Shown piece after piece: positions 52,816 to 62,265 of a stretch of 62,265 nucleotides of DNA. Origin of the DNA: Pirellulales bacterium (GTDB lineage: Bacteria; Planctomycetota; Planctomycetia; Pirellulales; UBA1268). The notes beneath the pieces are model-generated. The model ran no database searches and had not been told where the DNA came from. It worked only from the letters and a program-made list of their open reading frames with translations. The number at the start of each line of letters is the position of its first letter. The stretch's first letter is position 1. The stretch is taken from assembly GCA_044358905.1 (NCBI GenBank), contig JBIKND010000002.1, positions 1 to 62,265 of the forward strand, read 5' to 3'. The position numbers were made by a program, and so were the translations under genes.

Positions 52816-54792
52816 TCACTCCTGATCGCCGCGCAACTTCGCGAGAACCGTGTAGTCCTCGAGCGTGGTCGTGTCGCCGACGGTCTCCTTGCCGGCGGCG
52901 ATGTCCCGCAGGAGCCGCCGCATGATCTTGCCGCTGCGGGTCTTGGGCAGCGTGGCGGTGAAGTGGATGTCGTCCGGAGCGGCCAGGGCGCCGATCTGCT
53001 GGCGGACGTGCTTTCGCAGGGCGTCCTTGAGGGCGTCGTCGGGCTCGCCCGCACGAAGCGTGACGAACACGGCCACGGCCTCGCCCTTCACGTCGTGCGG
53101 CCGGCCCACGGCGGCCGCCTCGGCCACGCTCGGATGGCTGACGAGGGCGCTTTCGATCTCGATCGTGGAGAGCCGGTGGCCGGCGACGTTGAGTACGTCA
53201 TCGATGCGGCCCATGATCCAGTAGTAGCCGTCCTTGTCCTGACGGGCATTGTCGCCGGCAAGATATTTGCCCGGGACCTTCGACCAGTAGGTCTCGACGA
53301 ACCGCGCGTCGTCGCCCCAAATGCCGCGGAGCATTCCCGGCCAAGGCTTCTGCATCACCAGCCAGCCACCCTCTCCCGGCTCGACCGGTTCGCCGGAGGC
53401 GTCCACGATCTCGGGGCAGACGCCGGGCAGCGGCAGCGTGCAACTGCCGGGCTTCGTGGGTGTGCAGCCGGGCAGCGGGCTCATCATGATTCCGCCCGTT
53501 TCGGTCTGCCACCAGGTGTCGACGATCGGGCAGCGCTTGCCGCCGATCACCTCGTGGTACCACATCCAGGCCTCGGGATTGATGCCTTCGCCCACGCTGC
53601 CGAGCAGCCGCAGGCTGGAGAGGTCGCGGCCCTCGATGTGCTGCATGCCCCACTTCATGAACGAGCGGATGGCGGTGGGGGCGGTGTAGAAGATCGTCGG
53701 CTTCTCCTGCTCGATGATCTCCCAGAAGCGGCCTTCGTGCGGAGCGTTCGGGGCGCCCTCGTAGATAAGGATGCTCGCGCCGGCGGCCAGCGGGCCGTAG
53801 GTCACGTAGCTGTGGCCCGTGATCCAGCCGCAGTCGGCCGTGCACCAGAACAGGTCTTCCTCTTGCAGGTCAAAAACCCACTCGGCCGTGGTCTTCGCCC
53901 AGAGCAGATAGCCGGCCGTGGTGTGCTTGATGCCCTTGGGCTTTCCAGTGGAGCCGCTCGTGTAGAGGATGAAGAGTGGGGCTTCGGAGTCCATCGGCGT
54001 CGGGGGCTTGTCGGCGGGCATCCCTGCCACGAGGTCGTGCCACCAGACGTCGCGGCCCGGCACCATGTCGCAGGGCTGCCCGGTGCGCTTGAGCACGATC
54101 ACATGCTGCACGGTCGTGGGGCCGTTGGCCGTGGAGGCGAGGGCGGCATCGACGTTCTTCTTGAGCGGCAACTGGGCCCCGCGCCGCCAGCCGCCGTCGG
54201 CCGTGATCACGGCCACCGCCTTGGCGTCGTGATTGCGGTCGGCGATCGCCTCGCTGGAGAAGCCGCCGAAGATCACGGAGTGCACGGCACCGATCCGAGC
54301 GCAAGCGAGCATCGCGATCACGAGTTCGGGCGTCATCGGCATGTAGATGGAGACGACGTCGCCCGCCTTGATACCGAGCTTCTCGAGGCCCGCCGCGAAC
54401 CGGCAGACCTCGGCGTGCAACTGCCGGTAGGTGTATTCCCGGCGCTCGCCCACAGGCTCGCCCACCCACACCAGCGCGATCTTGTCGCCCTTGCCGGCGG
54501 CGATGTGGTGGTCGAGGCAGGCGGCGGAGGCGTTCGTATGGCCGCCCACGAACCACTTCGCATGTGGCGGCTCCCAGTGGAGCACCTTCGAATAGGGCTT
54601 CATCCAGGGGAGGGCCTGAGCCCGCTCGTGCCAGAAGGCCTCGGGGTCGGCGGCCGCCTCGTCGTAGAGCTTCTTGTATTCGGCGAGCGACCCGATCCGG
54701 GCCCGCTTCGAGAACTCGGCCGGCGGCGGAAACAGCCGGTCCTCCTGCATCACGCTGGCCACGCGGCCGGCCGCCTTTTCTGGCAGTGCCAT
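52816..54792 (-). CDS. acs: Acetyl-coenzyme A synthetase
   Basis: 658 aa. AMP-binding motif [11 protein letters not shown]. Other motifs: [17 protein letters not shown]. Collinear with Acs throughout. Confidence 0.96.
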   Translation of the reverse strand: MALPEKAAGRVASVMQEDRLFPPPAEFSKRARIGSLAEYKKLYDEAAADPEAFWHERAQALPWMKPYSKVLHWEPPHAKWFVGGHTNASAACLDHHIAAGKGDKIALVWVGEPVGERREYTYRQLHAEVCRFAAGLEKLGIKAGDVVSIYMPMTPELVIAMLACARIGAVHSVIFGGFSSEAIADRNHDAKAVAVITADGGWRRGAQLPLKKNVDAALASTANGPTTVQHVIVLKRTGQPCDMVPGRDVWWHDLVAGMPADKPPTPMDSEAPLFILYTSGSTGKPKGIKHTTAGYLLWAKTTAEWVFDLQEEDLFWCTADCGWITGHSYVTYGPLAAGASILIYEGAPNAPHEGRFWEIIEQEKPTIFYTAPTAIRSFMKWGMQHIEGRDLSSLRLLGSVGEGINPEAWMWYHEVIGGKRCPIVDTWWQTETGGIMMSPLPGCTPTKPGSCTLPLPGVCPEIVDASGEPVEPGEGGWLVMQKPWPGMLRGIWGDDARFVETYWSKVPGKYLAGDNARQDKDGYYWIMGRIDDVLNVAGHRLSTIEIESALVSHPSVAEAAAVGRPHDVKGEAVAVFVTLRAGEPDDALKDALRKHVRQQIGALAAPDDIHFTATLPKTRSGKIMRRLLRDIAAGKETVGDTTTLEDYTVLAKLRGDQE

Positions 54793-55007
54793 GGTTCGTC
54801 GTCCCCCGGTCGATCCAAACTCGGTGTTCTACGGGCTTCCGGCCCAGGAGCAGACCATGCCCGGGATTCGTGGGCAAGGGCCGCCCTGGGTCAGGCGGCG
54901 TTCACGAGGCCACGTGAAAAGGCGAGCCACGCCGCAAGTCGTTCGACCACGCCGCGCCGTTCGGCAAAGTCGTGCCGCGTCGCTTCAGCACGCGACAGTG
55001 CGGGCCG

Positions 55008-56123
55008 TCAAGCGAAGGGACTCGAGTCGGCGGCGTCGCCGAAGGCGATGCCGAGGGCCCGGGCCGCCTGGACGGCCGAATCCCGCGGATCGACGGTGGA
55101 GAGCTGGCGGATCGCCGCGGCGATGGGCACGCTCTGGAAGTCCGGAGGCCGGTAGCAGACCATCTCGCCGAAGCGGCCCTCGTGCACCAGCCGCACGGCG
55201 TGGGCGCCGTACTGGGTCGCCAACGCCCGGTCGAACGTCGTCGGCGTGCCGCCGCGCTGGAGGTGGCCGAGCACCACCGTCCGCACCTCGCGGGCGAGCC
55301 GCCGAGCGATCTCTGCGGCCACGATCTCGCCGATGCCGCCGAGCTTCACCTGCCGCCGCTCCCCCTGGCCCCCGTCGTGCACGAGCCCGCCGTCCGGGAG
55401 CCGCGCCCCTTCGGCGACGACCACGAGCGTGAACCGCTTGCCCTCCGCCTCGCGGGCCTCCACGGCGCGGCACACCTGGTCGAAATCCCAGTCGATCTCC
55501 GGCAGCAGGATCACGTCGCCCCCGCCGGAGATGCCCGCGTGCAGGGCGATCCAGCCGGCGTGGCGGCCCATCACCTCGAGCACCATGATCCGCTCGTGGC
55601 TGGCGGCCGTGGTGTGGAGGCGGTCGAGGGCGTCCGTGGCGCAGGCGACGGCGGAGTCGAAGCCGAAGGTGAAGGCGGTGCAGCCCAGGTCATTGTCGAT
55701 CGTCTTGGGCACGCCCACCACCGGGATGCCGTGCTCGTGCAGCTGCTGCGCGATGGCGAGCGAGCCGTCGCCGCCGACGCAGATCAGGCCGCCGACGCCG
55801 AGTTGGCGGAGCGTGTCGGCCGCCTGGGCGAGCAGGGCGGCGTCGATGCCGACGCGGTCGCCTTCGCCGACGAGCGCCGAAAACCGCCCCTTGTTCGTGG
55901 AGCCGAGGATCGTGCCGCCTTGGAGGAGGATGCCGGCGGTGTTCTGTGGCGTGAGCGGCATGTAGGCCACCGGTTCGACGAGGCCCTCGTAGCCGCGGAG
56001 GAAGCCGACGCAGTCGTAGCCGAGCCGGTGAGCCGCCTTGGTGGCGGCCCGGATGACGGCGTTCAGGCCGGGGCAGTCGCCGCCGCCCGTGAGGATGCCG
56101 ATCGTGGGTTTGCGGGGAGGCAT
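55008..56123 (-). CDS. pfkA: 6-phosphofructokinase (PfkA family, actinobacterial-like subgroup)
   Basis: GILTGGGDCPGLNAVIRA, VGGDGSLA, PKTIDNDL, MGRHAGWIAL. Confidence 0.9.
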   Translation of the reverse strand: MPPRKPTIGILTGGGDCPGLNAVIRAATKAAHRLGYDCVGFLRGYEGLVEPVAYMPLTPQNTAGILLQGGTILGSTNKGRFSALVGEGDRVGIDAALLAQAADTLRQLGVGGLICVGGDGSLAIAQQLHEHGIPVVGVPKTIDNDLGCTAFTFGFDSAVACATDALDRLHTTAASHERIMVLEVMGRHAGWIALHAGISGGGDVILLPEIDWDFDQVCRAVEAREAEGKRFTLVVVAEGARLPDGGLVHDGGQGERRQVKLGGIGEIVAAEIARRLAREVRTVVLGHLQRGGTPTTFDRALATQYGAHAVRLVHEGRFGEMVCYRPPDFQSVPIAAAIRQLSTVDPRDSAVQAARALGIAFGDAADSSPFA

Positions 56124-56132
56124 GGCAGCAGA

Positions 56133-56711
56133 TTACCCGCAAACCTGCCCCAGCCAATCGAGCAGCGTCGGATAGGCGGCGACGCCCAAATCGGCCCGCC
56201 GCTCCGGGGCCTTCGGGGCCGTCGGGTCGGGCACGACCGCCGCCACGTTGATGCCGGCGGCGAGTCCTGCCTCCCAGTCTACGGGCGAGTCGCCCACCAT
56301 CCAGGCGGCCGCCGCGTCGATGCGATGGCCGGCGAGCATCTCGCGGATGAAGCGGGGCGATGGCTTGCGATAGGGCGACGCCTCCCCTGGCGCCTCCGGC
56401 GCGATGCAGACGGCGGTGAACAGGTCGTCGCCGAGGCCGAGCAGGTCGAGCATTGTCTGATTGACGGCCGCGACGTCGGCGAGCGTGTACATGCCGCGTC
56501 CCACGCCCGATTGGTTGGTGAACAGGAACAGTTTCGCGCCCGCCCTGCGGACCTGTACCAGCGCCTCACGGACGCCGGGAAGGAGGACGACGCGGCCCGG
56601 ATCGTGAAGGTAGGGCTCATGCACGATGAGCGTGCCGTCCCGGTCCAGAAACAACGCGTCAACGACACGACGTTTCGCGAGGGTGTACTGCGGCTCGGGA
56701 TTTCTTTCCAT
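56133..56711 (-). CDS. gmhB: D-glycero-D-manno-heptose 1,7-bisphosphate phosphatase (HAD-IIIA)
   Basis: ATG at 56711. Motifs LFLDRDGTLI and FTNQSGVGRG are typical of GmhB. Adjacent to hldE/hldD. Confidence 0.8.
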   Translation of the reverse strand: MERNPEPQYTLAKRRVVDALFLDRDGTLIVHEPYLHDPGRVVLLPGVREALVQVRRAGAKLFLFTNQSGVGRGMYTLADVAAVNQTMLDLLGLGDDLFTAVCIAPEAPGEASPYRKPSPRFIREMLAGHRIDAAAAWMVGDSPVDWEAGLAAGINVAAVVPDPTAPKAPERRADLGVAAYPTLLDWLGQVCG

Positions 56712-56796
56712 GCATTCAGTTTGGGGTATGATCGAGCCTGGGTTCAACGCATCCCCGCCGGCGCTGCGGGTGGAGCGAAGCCAGGCGGCGGACAGG

Positions 56797-58284
56797 ATGA
56801 GCACCGACCATCAGATTCCGATGACGACCCGTGCAAAACCGGCCGGGCGATCGCCCATGATTCTCGTCGTCGGCGATGCGATGCTCGACCGCTATCTCGA
56901 CGGCGCCGCCGAACGCATCTCGCCAGAAGCTCCGGTGCCGGTGCTGCAGGTGCGGCGGTCGTTCGAACGGCCCGGTGGAGCGGCGAACGTGGCGGCGAAC
57001 GTGGCCGCGCTCGGCGGGACGCCCACGCTCGTGGCGGTCGTCGGCGCCGATCCGGCCGCCGAGCGGCTGCGGGCGGTGCTCGGGGAGTCGGGCGCTTCGC
57101 CGGAGGCGATCTTGGCGACGCGGACTATCCGCACCACGGTCAAGACGCGGCTGCTTGCCGGTCACTCGCAGATCGCGAGATTCGACGAGGAGAGTGCCTT
57201 CACCGACACCGCCGCGCGGGCGGACCTGTTGGCCGTGGTCGATCACCTGCTGCCCCGGGCGCGGCTCGCGGTGATCTCGGACTACGCCAAGGGGGTGTGC
57301 GACGGCGCCGTCTGCCGAGGCGTGATCGAGGGGGCGGCGCGGATCGGCATTCCGGTGATCGTCGATCCGAAGGGGATTGATTTCACGCGGTATGCCGGTG
57401 CGGCCGTGATCACGCCCAACCGCGCCGAAGCCGCAGCGGTGTGCGGCTTTGCGATCCGCGACAGCGACGACGCCATCCGTGCCGGTCGGGCGATTTGCGA
57501 ACGTTACGGCATCGCGGCGGCGGTGGTCACGCTCGGCGAACAGGGAATGGTGATCGTGGCCGGCGATCGCGTGGCCGTGATTCCCACGCAGGCTCGGCGC
57601 GTCTTCGACGTCACCGGCGCCGGCGACACGGCCGTGGCAATGCTGGCGGTGTCGCTGGCCGAGGGTACCCCGCTCGAGGAGGCATGTTTTCTGGCGAATG
57701 CGGCTGCCGGCCTGCAGGTGGGGCGGGTCGGCACGTCGCGGATCTCTCGGAGCGAGGTCGAGGACGCGATCGCCAGCCAGTCGGCTGCCGCGCGTGGCAA
57801 GGTGCTCGATATCGCCGGCCTGCGGCGGGCGGTGCGTCAGGCCCGGGCCGAGGGCAAGCGGATCGGCTTCACCAACGGCTGCTTCGACATCCTCCATCAC
57901 GGCCACGTCGCACTCCTGGAGGCCGCGGCGAAGGAGTGCGACCTGCTGGTGGTGGGCGTCAATTCCGACGCCTCGGTGCGGCGGCTGAAGGGGGCGCCAC
58001 GGCCGTTCGTGCCGGCTGCGGCGCGGCAGGCCGTGCTTGCGGCGCTTTCCAGTGTCGCCTGGGTCTGCGAGTTCGAGGGCGACACGCCTTTGGAGCTGAT
58101 CGAGGCCGTTGAGCCCGACGTGCTCGTGAAGGGGGCCGACTACCGGCCCGACCAGGTGGTGGGGGCCGACCTGGTGCTGGCCCGCGGCGGCCGTGTGGTC
58201 ACGCCGCTCTTCGTGCAGAACGTCTCGACCACGAACATCGTCGATCGGATTCTCGCGTCGCAGAAGGGAATGGATCGCCCATGA
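56797..58284 (+). CDS. hldE: Bifunctional D-beta-D-heptose 7-phosphate kinase / heptose 1-phosphate adenylyltransferase
   Basis: Start is approximate: ATG 56797, with other in-frame ATGs nearby. PfkB-type kinase half: ILVVGDAMLDRYL...ISPEAPVPV...DVTGAGDT. Cytidylyltransferase half: GFTNGCFDILHHGHVALLEAA. Confidence 0.9.
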   Translation: MSTDHQIPMTTRAKPAGRSPMILVVGDAMLDRYLDGAAERISPEAPVPVLQVRRSFERPGGAANVAANVAALGGTPTLVAVVGADPAAERLRAVLGESGASPEAILATRTIRTTVKTRLLAGHSQIARFDEESAFTDTAARADLLAVVDHLLPRARLAVISDYAKGVCDGAVCRGVIEGAARIGIPVIVDPKGIDFTRYAGAAVITPNRAEAAAVCGFAIRDSDDAIRAGRAICERYGIAAAVVTLGEQGMVIVAGDRVAVIPTQARRVFDVTGAGDTAVAMLAVSLAEGTPLEEACFLANAAAGLQVGRVGTSRISRSEVEDAIASQSAAARGKVLDIAGLRRAVRQARAEGKRIGFTNGCFDILHHGHVALLEAAAKECDLLVVGVNSDASVRRLKGAPRPFVPAAARQAVLAALSSVAWVCEFEGDTPLELIEAVEPDVLVKGADYRPDQVVGADLVLARGGRVVTPLFVQNVSTTNIVDRILASQKGMDRP

Positions 58285-59216
58285 TCCTGCTCACCGGGGC
58301 CGCCGGCTTTATCGGCTCGAACATTCTCGCCGCGCTCAACGCCCGCGGCCGCGACGACGTGATCGCCGTCGACGACCTGACCGATGGAACGAAGTGTGCC
58401 AACCTCTCGAATCGGGGCTTCGCCGACTACCTTGACGCCGAAGAACTGCTCGGCTCGCTGGATCGGCTGCCGCGGCTCACCGGAATCCTTCACCAGGGAG
58501 CCTGCGTCGACACGACGGCCCGCGATGGAAAGGCCGTGATGCGGGTGAACTACACGTTTTCCAAGACGCTGCTGGAGCTCGCCCGGCGGCACCACTGCCC
58601 GTTCGTCTACGCCAGTTCGGCGGCGATCTACGGCGACGGGCAGGCGGGCTTTCGCGAGGAGCCGGCGTGCGAGCGGGCCCGCACGCCGTATGCGTTCTCC
58701 AAGTGGGCATTCGACCAATTCGTCCGACGTCTGGGGCCCGCGGCCGGTGTGCCCGTCGTCGGCCTCCGCTATTTCAACGTCTACGGGCCCGGCGAGGGGC
58801 ACAAGGGACGCATGGCGAGCGTCGCCTGGCACTGCTTCCAGGCCGTGTGGCGGGGCGAGCCGCCGCGGCTGTTCGCGGGGAGCGACGGCTTCGTGCGCGA
58901 CTTCGTCTACGTCGCCGACGTGGCCGACGTGAACCTGTTCTTCCTCGACGAGGCCGGCGCGGGCCGGGACCGCAGCGGCCTCTACAACGTGGGCACCGGA
59001 GCACCGCGGTCTTTCGGCGACATGGGGCGGATCGTTGCCGCCGTCGCCGGCAGTCCCCCGCCCGTGACGATCCCTTTCCCCGACGACCTGCGCGGGCAGT
59101 ATCAGGCCTACACGTGCGCCGACATCGCGCGGATGCGGGGGGCGGGCTACGACGCGCCGTTCACGTCGCTGGAGGACGGCATCGCCGCCTATTGGCGGGC
59201 GGTCGAGAAAGGGTAG
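58281..59216 (+). CDS. hldD: ADP-L-glycero-D-manno-heptose 6-epimerase
   Basis: MILLTGAAGFIGSN Rossmann motif and YAFSKWAFD (YxxxK). ATGA start/stop overlap with hldE. Confidence 0.9.
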   Translation: MILLTGAAGFIGSNILAALNARGRDDVIAVDDLTDGTKCANLSNRGFADYLDAEELLGSLDRLPRLTGILHQGACVDTTARDGKAVMRVNYTFSKTLLELARRHHCPFVYASSAAIYGDGQAGFREEPACERARTPYAFSKWAFDQFVRRLGPAAGVPVVGLRYFNVYGPGEGHKGRMASVAWHCFQAVWRGEPPRLFAGSDGFVRDFVYVADVADVNLFFLDEAGAGRDRSGLYNVGTGAPRSFGDMGRIVAAVAGSPPPVTIPFPDDLRGQYQAYTCADIARMRGAGYDAPFTSLEDGIAAYWRAVEKG

Positions 59217-59217
59217 G

Positions 59218-60444
59218 TCAGGATGTGCGGGCGGCGCGGATCGCCATTACCTCCCGCACCCGCTCGAAGACGTGATCGACGGTGATCACTTGCATGCAGA
59301 GGTTGTTGGTGCAGGGGGAGAGCCGGTTGTTGGCGGCGTTCACGCAGGGGCTGCAGGGCAAGCCGGCGTGGATGATGTGGCTGCGCGGGCCGCGGACTCC
59401 GAACACGGCGGGGGTTTCGGGTCCGAAGAGCGTGACCACGTCGATGCCGGTGAGGGCGGCGAAGTGGGCCGGGCCGCTGTCGTTGGTGACGAGCAGGTCG
59501 GCAAGCGAGTAGAGCACGAGGAGTTGCCGCATGGTGGTCTTGCCCGCCAGCGAGAAGCAGCGGGTGTCGGCCACCTCGCTGACGAGCGGTTCCACGGCGG
59601 CGGCCTCGGACGGGGCGCCGGTGAAGGCGATGCGGACGTCGGGATAGGCGGCGAGCAGCCGGCGGGCGAGATCCACGTAGCGTCGGCTCTCCCATTTCCG
59701 TAGGGGCAGGAGGTCGCTGGCGTTGGCATTGAGGAGGACGAGCGGGCCCGTGGCCGCCTCTCCGCCCACGGCCTGGATGACGCGGCGCACATCGTCGCGT
59801 TCGCCGGTGGTTGGCTCGAACTGCATCAGTTCGGCGTCGAGCGATCGCGGGTCGATGTCGAGCGCGGGCAGGTCGTGCGGGTCGCGTTCGGCCGCCTCCA
59901 CCATCACCGACATCACCGTCTGCATGTGGAGGTGCGGATTGCAGATCAGGCGATGGGTGAGGAGGTCGCCGCGCCAGGGGCCGTCGCCGTGGAAGGCGTG
60001 GTAGCCGACCCGCCGCGAGGCGCCGCTCAGGTAGGCGAGCACGGCCGAGGCACGGGAGAACAGTTCGTAGTCGAGCACGGTGTCGATGTGCAGGCTGCGG
60101 ATGCGGCCGACGGCCGCGAGCAGGCCGCGGAGTGTGGTCACGAGGCCGCCGGTCGGCACGGCGATCACGTTCTCCGGCGGCACGACGTCGAGGAGGTCGA
60201 GGATCGGCCGGTTCTCTGCGAGGACCATGAAGAACACGTTCTCGCGCCCGACTTTGCGGACGGCGGCCTCGAGGGCCGGGTAGGCGAGGACGGTCGCCCC
60301 CTGTTCGACGAGTTTGAGGAAGAGGATCTTCCGCACGGGGCCGGCAGGTCGGCGGCGGTCGAAGAGTTTTCGCCAGAGCGTGAGGACGGCGCAGGCCGGG
60401 ATCCCGAGCCAGCGGTCGGCGAAGCGAATGGAGGCGGCGTTCAT
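59218..60444 (-). CDS. Glycosyltransferase family 9 (LPS heptosyltransferase-like)
   Basis: ATG at 60444 (MNAASIRFADRW...). GT9 C-terminal motif LLVTNDSGPAHFAALTGIDVVTLFGPETP. ATGA overlap with the upstream membrane-protein gene. Confidence 0.8.
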   Translation of the reverse strand: MNAASIRFADRWLGIPACAVLTLWRKLFDRRRPAGPVRKILFLKLVEQGATVLAYPALEAAVRKVGRENVFFMVLAENRPILDLLDVVPPENVIAVPTGGLVTTLRGLLAAVGRIRSLHIDTVLDYELFSRASAVLAYLSGASRRVGYHAFHGDGPWRGDLLTHRLICNPHLHMQTVMSVMVEAAERDPHDLPALDIDPRSLDAELMQFEPTTGERDDVRRVIQAVGGEAATGPLVLLNANASDLLPLRKWESRRYVDLARRLLAAYPDVRIAFTGAPSEAAAVEPLVSEVADTRCFSLAGKTTMRQLLVLYSLADLLVTNDSGPAHFAALTGIDVVTLFGPETPAVFGVRGPRSHIIHAGLPCSPCVNAANNRLSPCTNNLCMQVITVDHVFERVREVMAIRAARTS

Positions 60445-62265
60445 GTGGCGTGGGAGTCCGCGTGCGGTGGCGTCGATCGAGGCGCCCGCAACCAGATCGC
60501 CAGGGAGACCACGGCGGCGACCAGGCTCGAGCACAAGCCGTACCCTACCGACGTTGGGAAGAAGGATAGCACCACATCCGAGGTGCCGGCATCGAGGGGA
60601 ATGGCGCGAAACAGCACGTTGGCCCGCAGGACGGGCGCTGCTCGACCGTTGACCGTCGCCCGCCAGTCCCGGTGCCAGGCTTCCGCCACGAAAAGCATAC
60701 AAGGCTTGTCGCTGACCGCACGGAGCCGCACGTGCGAACCGGAATCCGAAACCAACGTCACGGTTCCAGGGCTGTCATCCGCGGGGTCGCCCGTCGCGGC
60801 GGCGCTCGTGATTGAAGCGGACCCATCCGCTTCGATGACCACCTCCCGCAGCGGATCGACGGCCGGTGAGAATACTGCCTCCTGCGCAGCAGCTTCGGAA
60901 GCGACCACACGCCAGCGGGAATACAATCCGAACCGCGGCAAGGCTGGCTCATGTCGCGTCACGTGTTCCGATCGCGTTGCTCCGCCCCACAAAACGGCCG
61001 CCGGGTCGATCGTCGGCGAGACGATCGCGCGAACGCCGAGCAGGTTCGCCGCCCGCTCCCGCTCCAGGGCGGATTGGGACCAGAGCGCCTGATACACGAC
61101 AGCATGCCGTCGCTTCGGCACCGCAGCCGTGCGGACCTGCGCGATGCCGTACATTTCCCAACGGTTGCCGACGCCGAGATCCTCCGCCCAGCGAATGATT
61201 TCCGCCCGTGGCTCACCGTACAGGTACAACTGAATCTCAGTGGCCGGGGAGAAGGCCCGCCCTCTCTCGCCCTTCACGGCGGCGATGACCGCCGACGGCT
61301 CGCGGTCATAAATTCCGGCCGTGGTCAGTGGATGGACGTGCCGCCCCACTTCGGACAAATCCGCGAACAGGAGGAGGGGACCGGCCCAGACCAACAGCCG
61401 CCGAGAGTCGGGCAGTCGTAGCACCGCCATGATCCAAGCGGCATTCACCACAGCGAGCAACGCGGACCGGCCAAGATCGAGCACGGCTGATCGCACCTGC
61501 CCTCCGTCGACGGCGTCGCCGCAGGCTACGAGCCAGCGGGCATAGTCGCCACTGAAGGCCGCCGGCAGGCACAGCAGCAGCATGGCCACCGGAATCCCGG
61601 TGGCGGCCATCACGTTCGCCCGCCAAGACCTCTGCGCCGCGGACCGTGTGAGTCTGTCGAATCCGACTGCCGCGAGCAGTGGGATGCTCAATCCGGCGAA
61701 GGCGAGAAACTTGGTTGGAAAACGAAACCTTCCGAGGCCCGGGAGCAAGGAATGCAAGACCGGATAGAGGCCGAAATACTTCCCGGCAGCCATGGCGAGG
61801 CCGAAGGTGAGCATCGCCCAAGCAAAGACGATTCGCGCCCGGTCGAGCCGGGTTTCGGCGGGATCATGCCGCCGGGGCGCCGCCCAGGCCAGCAACTGCA
61901 CGGTGAGCATGCCGGTGTAACAGGTTCCGAGAGCGAACTCGTAGACGCGGGGCGCCCAGTAACGATCCGGATATCCCGGGGTGCCGAAAACGAATGGAGC
62001 GAGAAACTGCAGCCAATGCCAGGGCGAGGCCGAGGCATTCTCGATACCGGGATCCATGCCTTGGGCGCGGATGGAATTGCGAATAATGTCGGGCAGCACC
62101 ACCACCTGCGGCGCTGCCAGGGCGAGGCCGAGCGCCAACCCCAGGCCGCAAACCGCCAGGCCATGCCACGTCTGCCGGCCGCGATAGGTCACGCACGCGA
62201 GCCAGACCGCATAGACACTCACGATCAGGGTCGAATAGTAGAACCATTCCGCGACGGTCACGATC
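60441..62265 (-). CDS. Large polytopic membrane protein, YfhO/GT-C-like (possibly 5'-truncated by window edge)
   Basis: More than 600 aa. About 10 or more TM helices are followed by a soluble C-terminal region, an architecture resembling YfhO/PMT-type membrane glycosyltransferases. Family call is from architecture only. The ORF reaches the window end. Confidence 0.5.
   Translation of the reverse strand, partial: IVTVAEWFYYSTLIVSVYAVWLACVTYRGRQTWHGLAVCGLGLALGLALAAPQVVVLPDIIRNSIRAQGMDPGIENASASPWHWLQFLAPFVFGTPGYPDRYWAPRVYEFALGTCYTGMLTVQLLAWAAPRRHDPAETRLDRARIVFAWAMLTFGLAMAAGKYFGLYPVLHSLLPGLGRFRFPTKFLAFAGLSIPLLAAVGFDRLTRSAAQRSWRANVMAATGIPVAMLLLCLPAAFSGDYARWLVACGDAVDGGQVRSAVLDLGRSALLAVVNAAWIMAVLRLPDSRRLLVWAGPLLLFADLSEVGRHVHPLTTAGIYDREPSAVIAAVKGERGRAFSPATEIQLYLYGEPRAEIIRWAEDLGVGNRWEMYGIAQVRTAAVPKRRHAVVYQALWSQSALERERAANLLGVRAIVSPTIDPAAVLWGGATRSEHVTRHEPALPRFGLYSRWRVVASEAAAQEAVFSPAVDPLREVVIEADGSASITSAAATGDPADDSPGTVTLVSDSGSHVRLRAVSDKPCMLFVAEAWHRDWRATVNGRAAPVLRANVLFRAIPLDAGTSDVVLSFFPTSVGYGLCSSLVAAVVSLAIWLRAPRSTPPHADSHAT

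Noticed and set aside
46111-57906. Large shadow ORFs: 46111..48132 (-), 49218..52529 (-, 1103 aa), 52963..55155 (+), 54972..57380 (+), 56716..57906 (-)
   Set aside because: Each overlaps a gene with strong family motifs (ABC, U32, acs, pfk, hldE) and shows the Arg/Gly/Pro/His-rich composition of non-coding frames in GC-rich DNA.
1-62265. Prophage, integrative element, defence island or biosynthetic gene cluster
   Set aside because: No integrase, transposase, phage structural, restriction/Cas/toxin or PKS/NRPS signatures were seen. The gene content is core-metabolic and envelope-related throughout.

Overview
Very GC-rich bacterial chromosomal segment. The gene content points to Planctomycetota, probably Pirellulales-like: a YTV-repeat cysteine-rich envelope protein, DUF1080 and DUF11 proteins, an H4MPT-pathway formyltransferase (Ftr/FhcD), and many Pro/Ala-rich secreted proteins. 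I can support about 45 protein-coding genes. Housekeeping content includes infC-rpmI-rplT-pheS-pheT, ribD, cysK, acs, pfk, mscL and an ADP-heptose/LPS-core block (gmhB, hldE, hldD, GT9). I recognised no rRNA, tRNA, CRISPR array, transposase or phage genes. Most of the long ORFs in the six-frame track are antisense or out-of-frame shadows of real genes, which is typical of high-GC DNA. The main observations are: (1) A cheA-cheW-mcp-cheB-cheR operon has no CheY, and its 3' end lies 1 nt from the 3' end of a STAS + REC-PP2C partner-switch pair. Its CheB carries an extra N-terminal pseudo-receiver in which the phospho-acceptor Asp is Asn. I read this as a chemosensory array driving a partner-switching output. 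(2) A structured intergenic element of about 160 bp, MITE/REP-like, occurs six times, and its termini repeatedly coincide with the stop codons of flanking genes. (3) A second family of GC-rich palindromic units occurs in inverted pairs, with one unit embedded in frame inside the U32 gene. (4) There are several unusual protein architectures: an ABC exporter with a PH-like domain, zinc ribbon and fused DUF1854; a J-domain-LRR protein; a HAD-SGNH fusion; and a multi-block low-complexity TPR protein. (5) infC appears to start at a non-canonical ATC codon.
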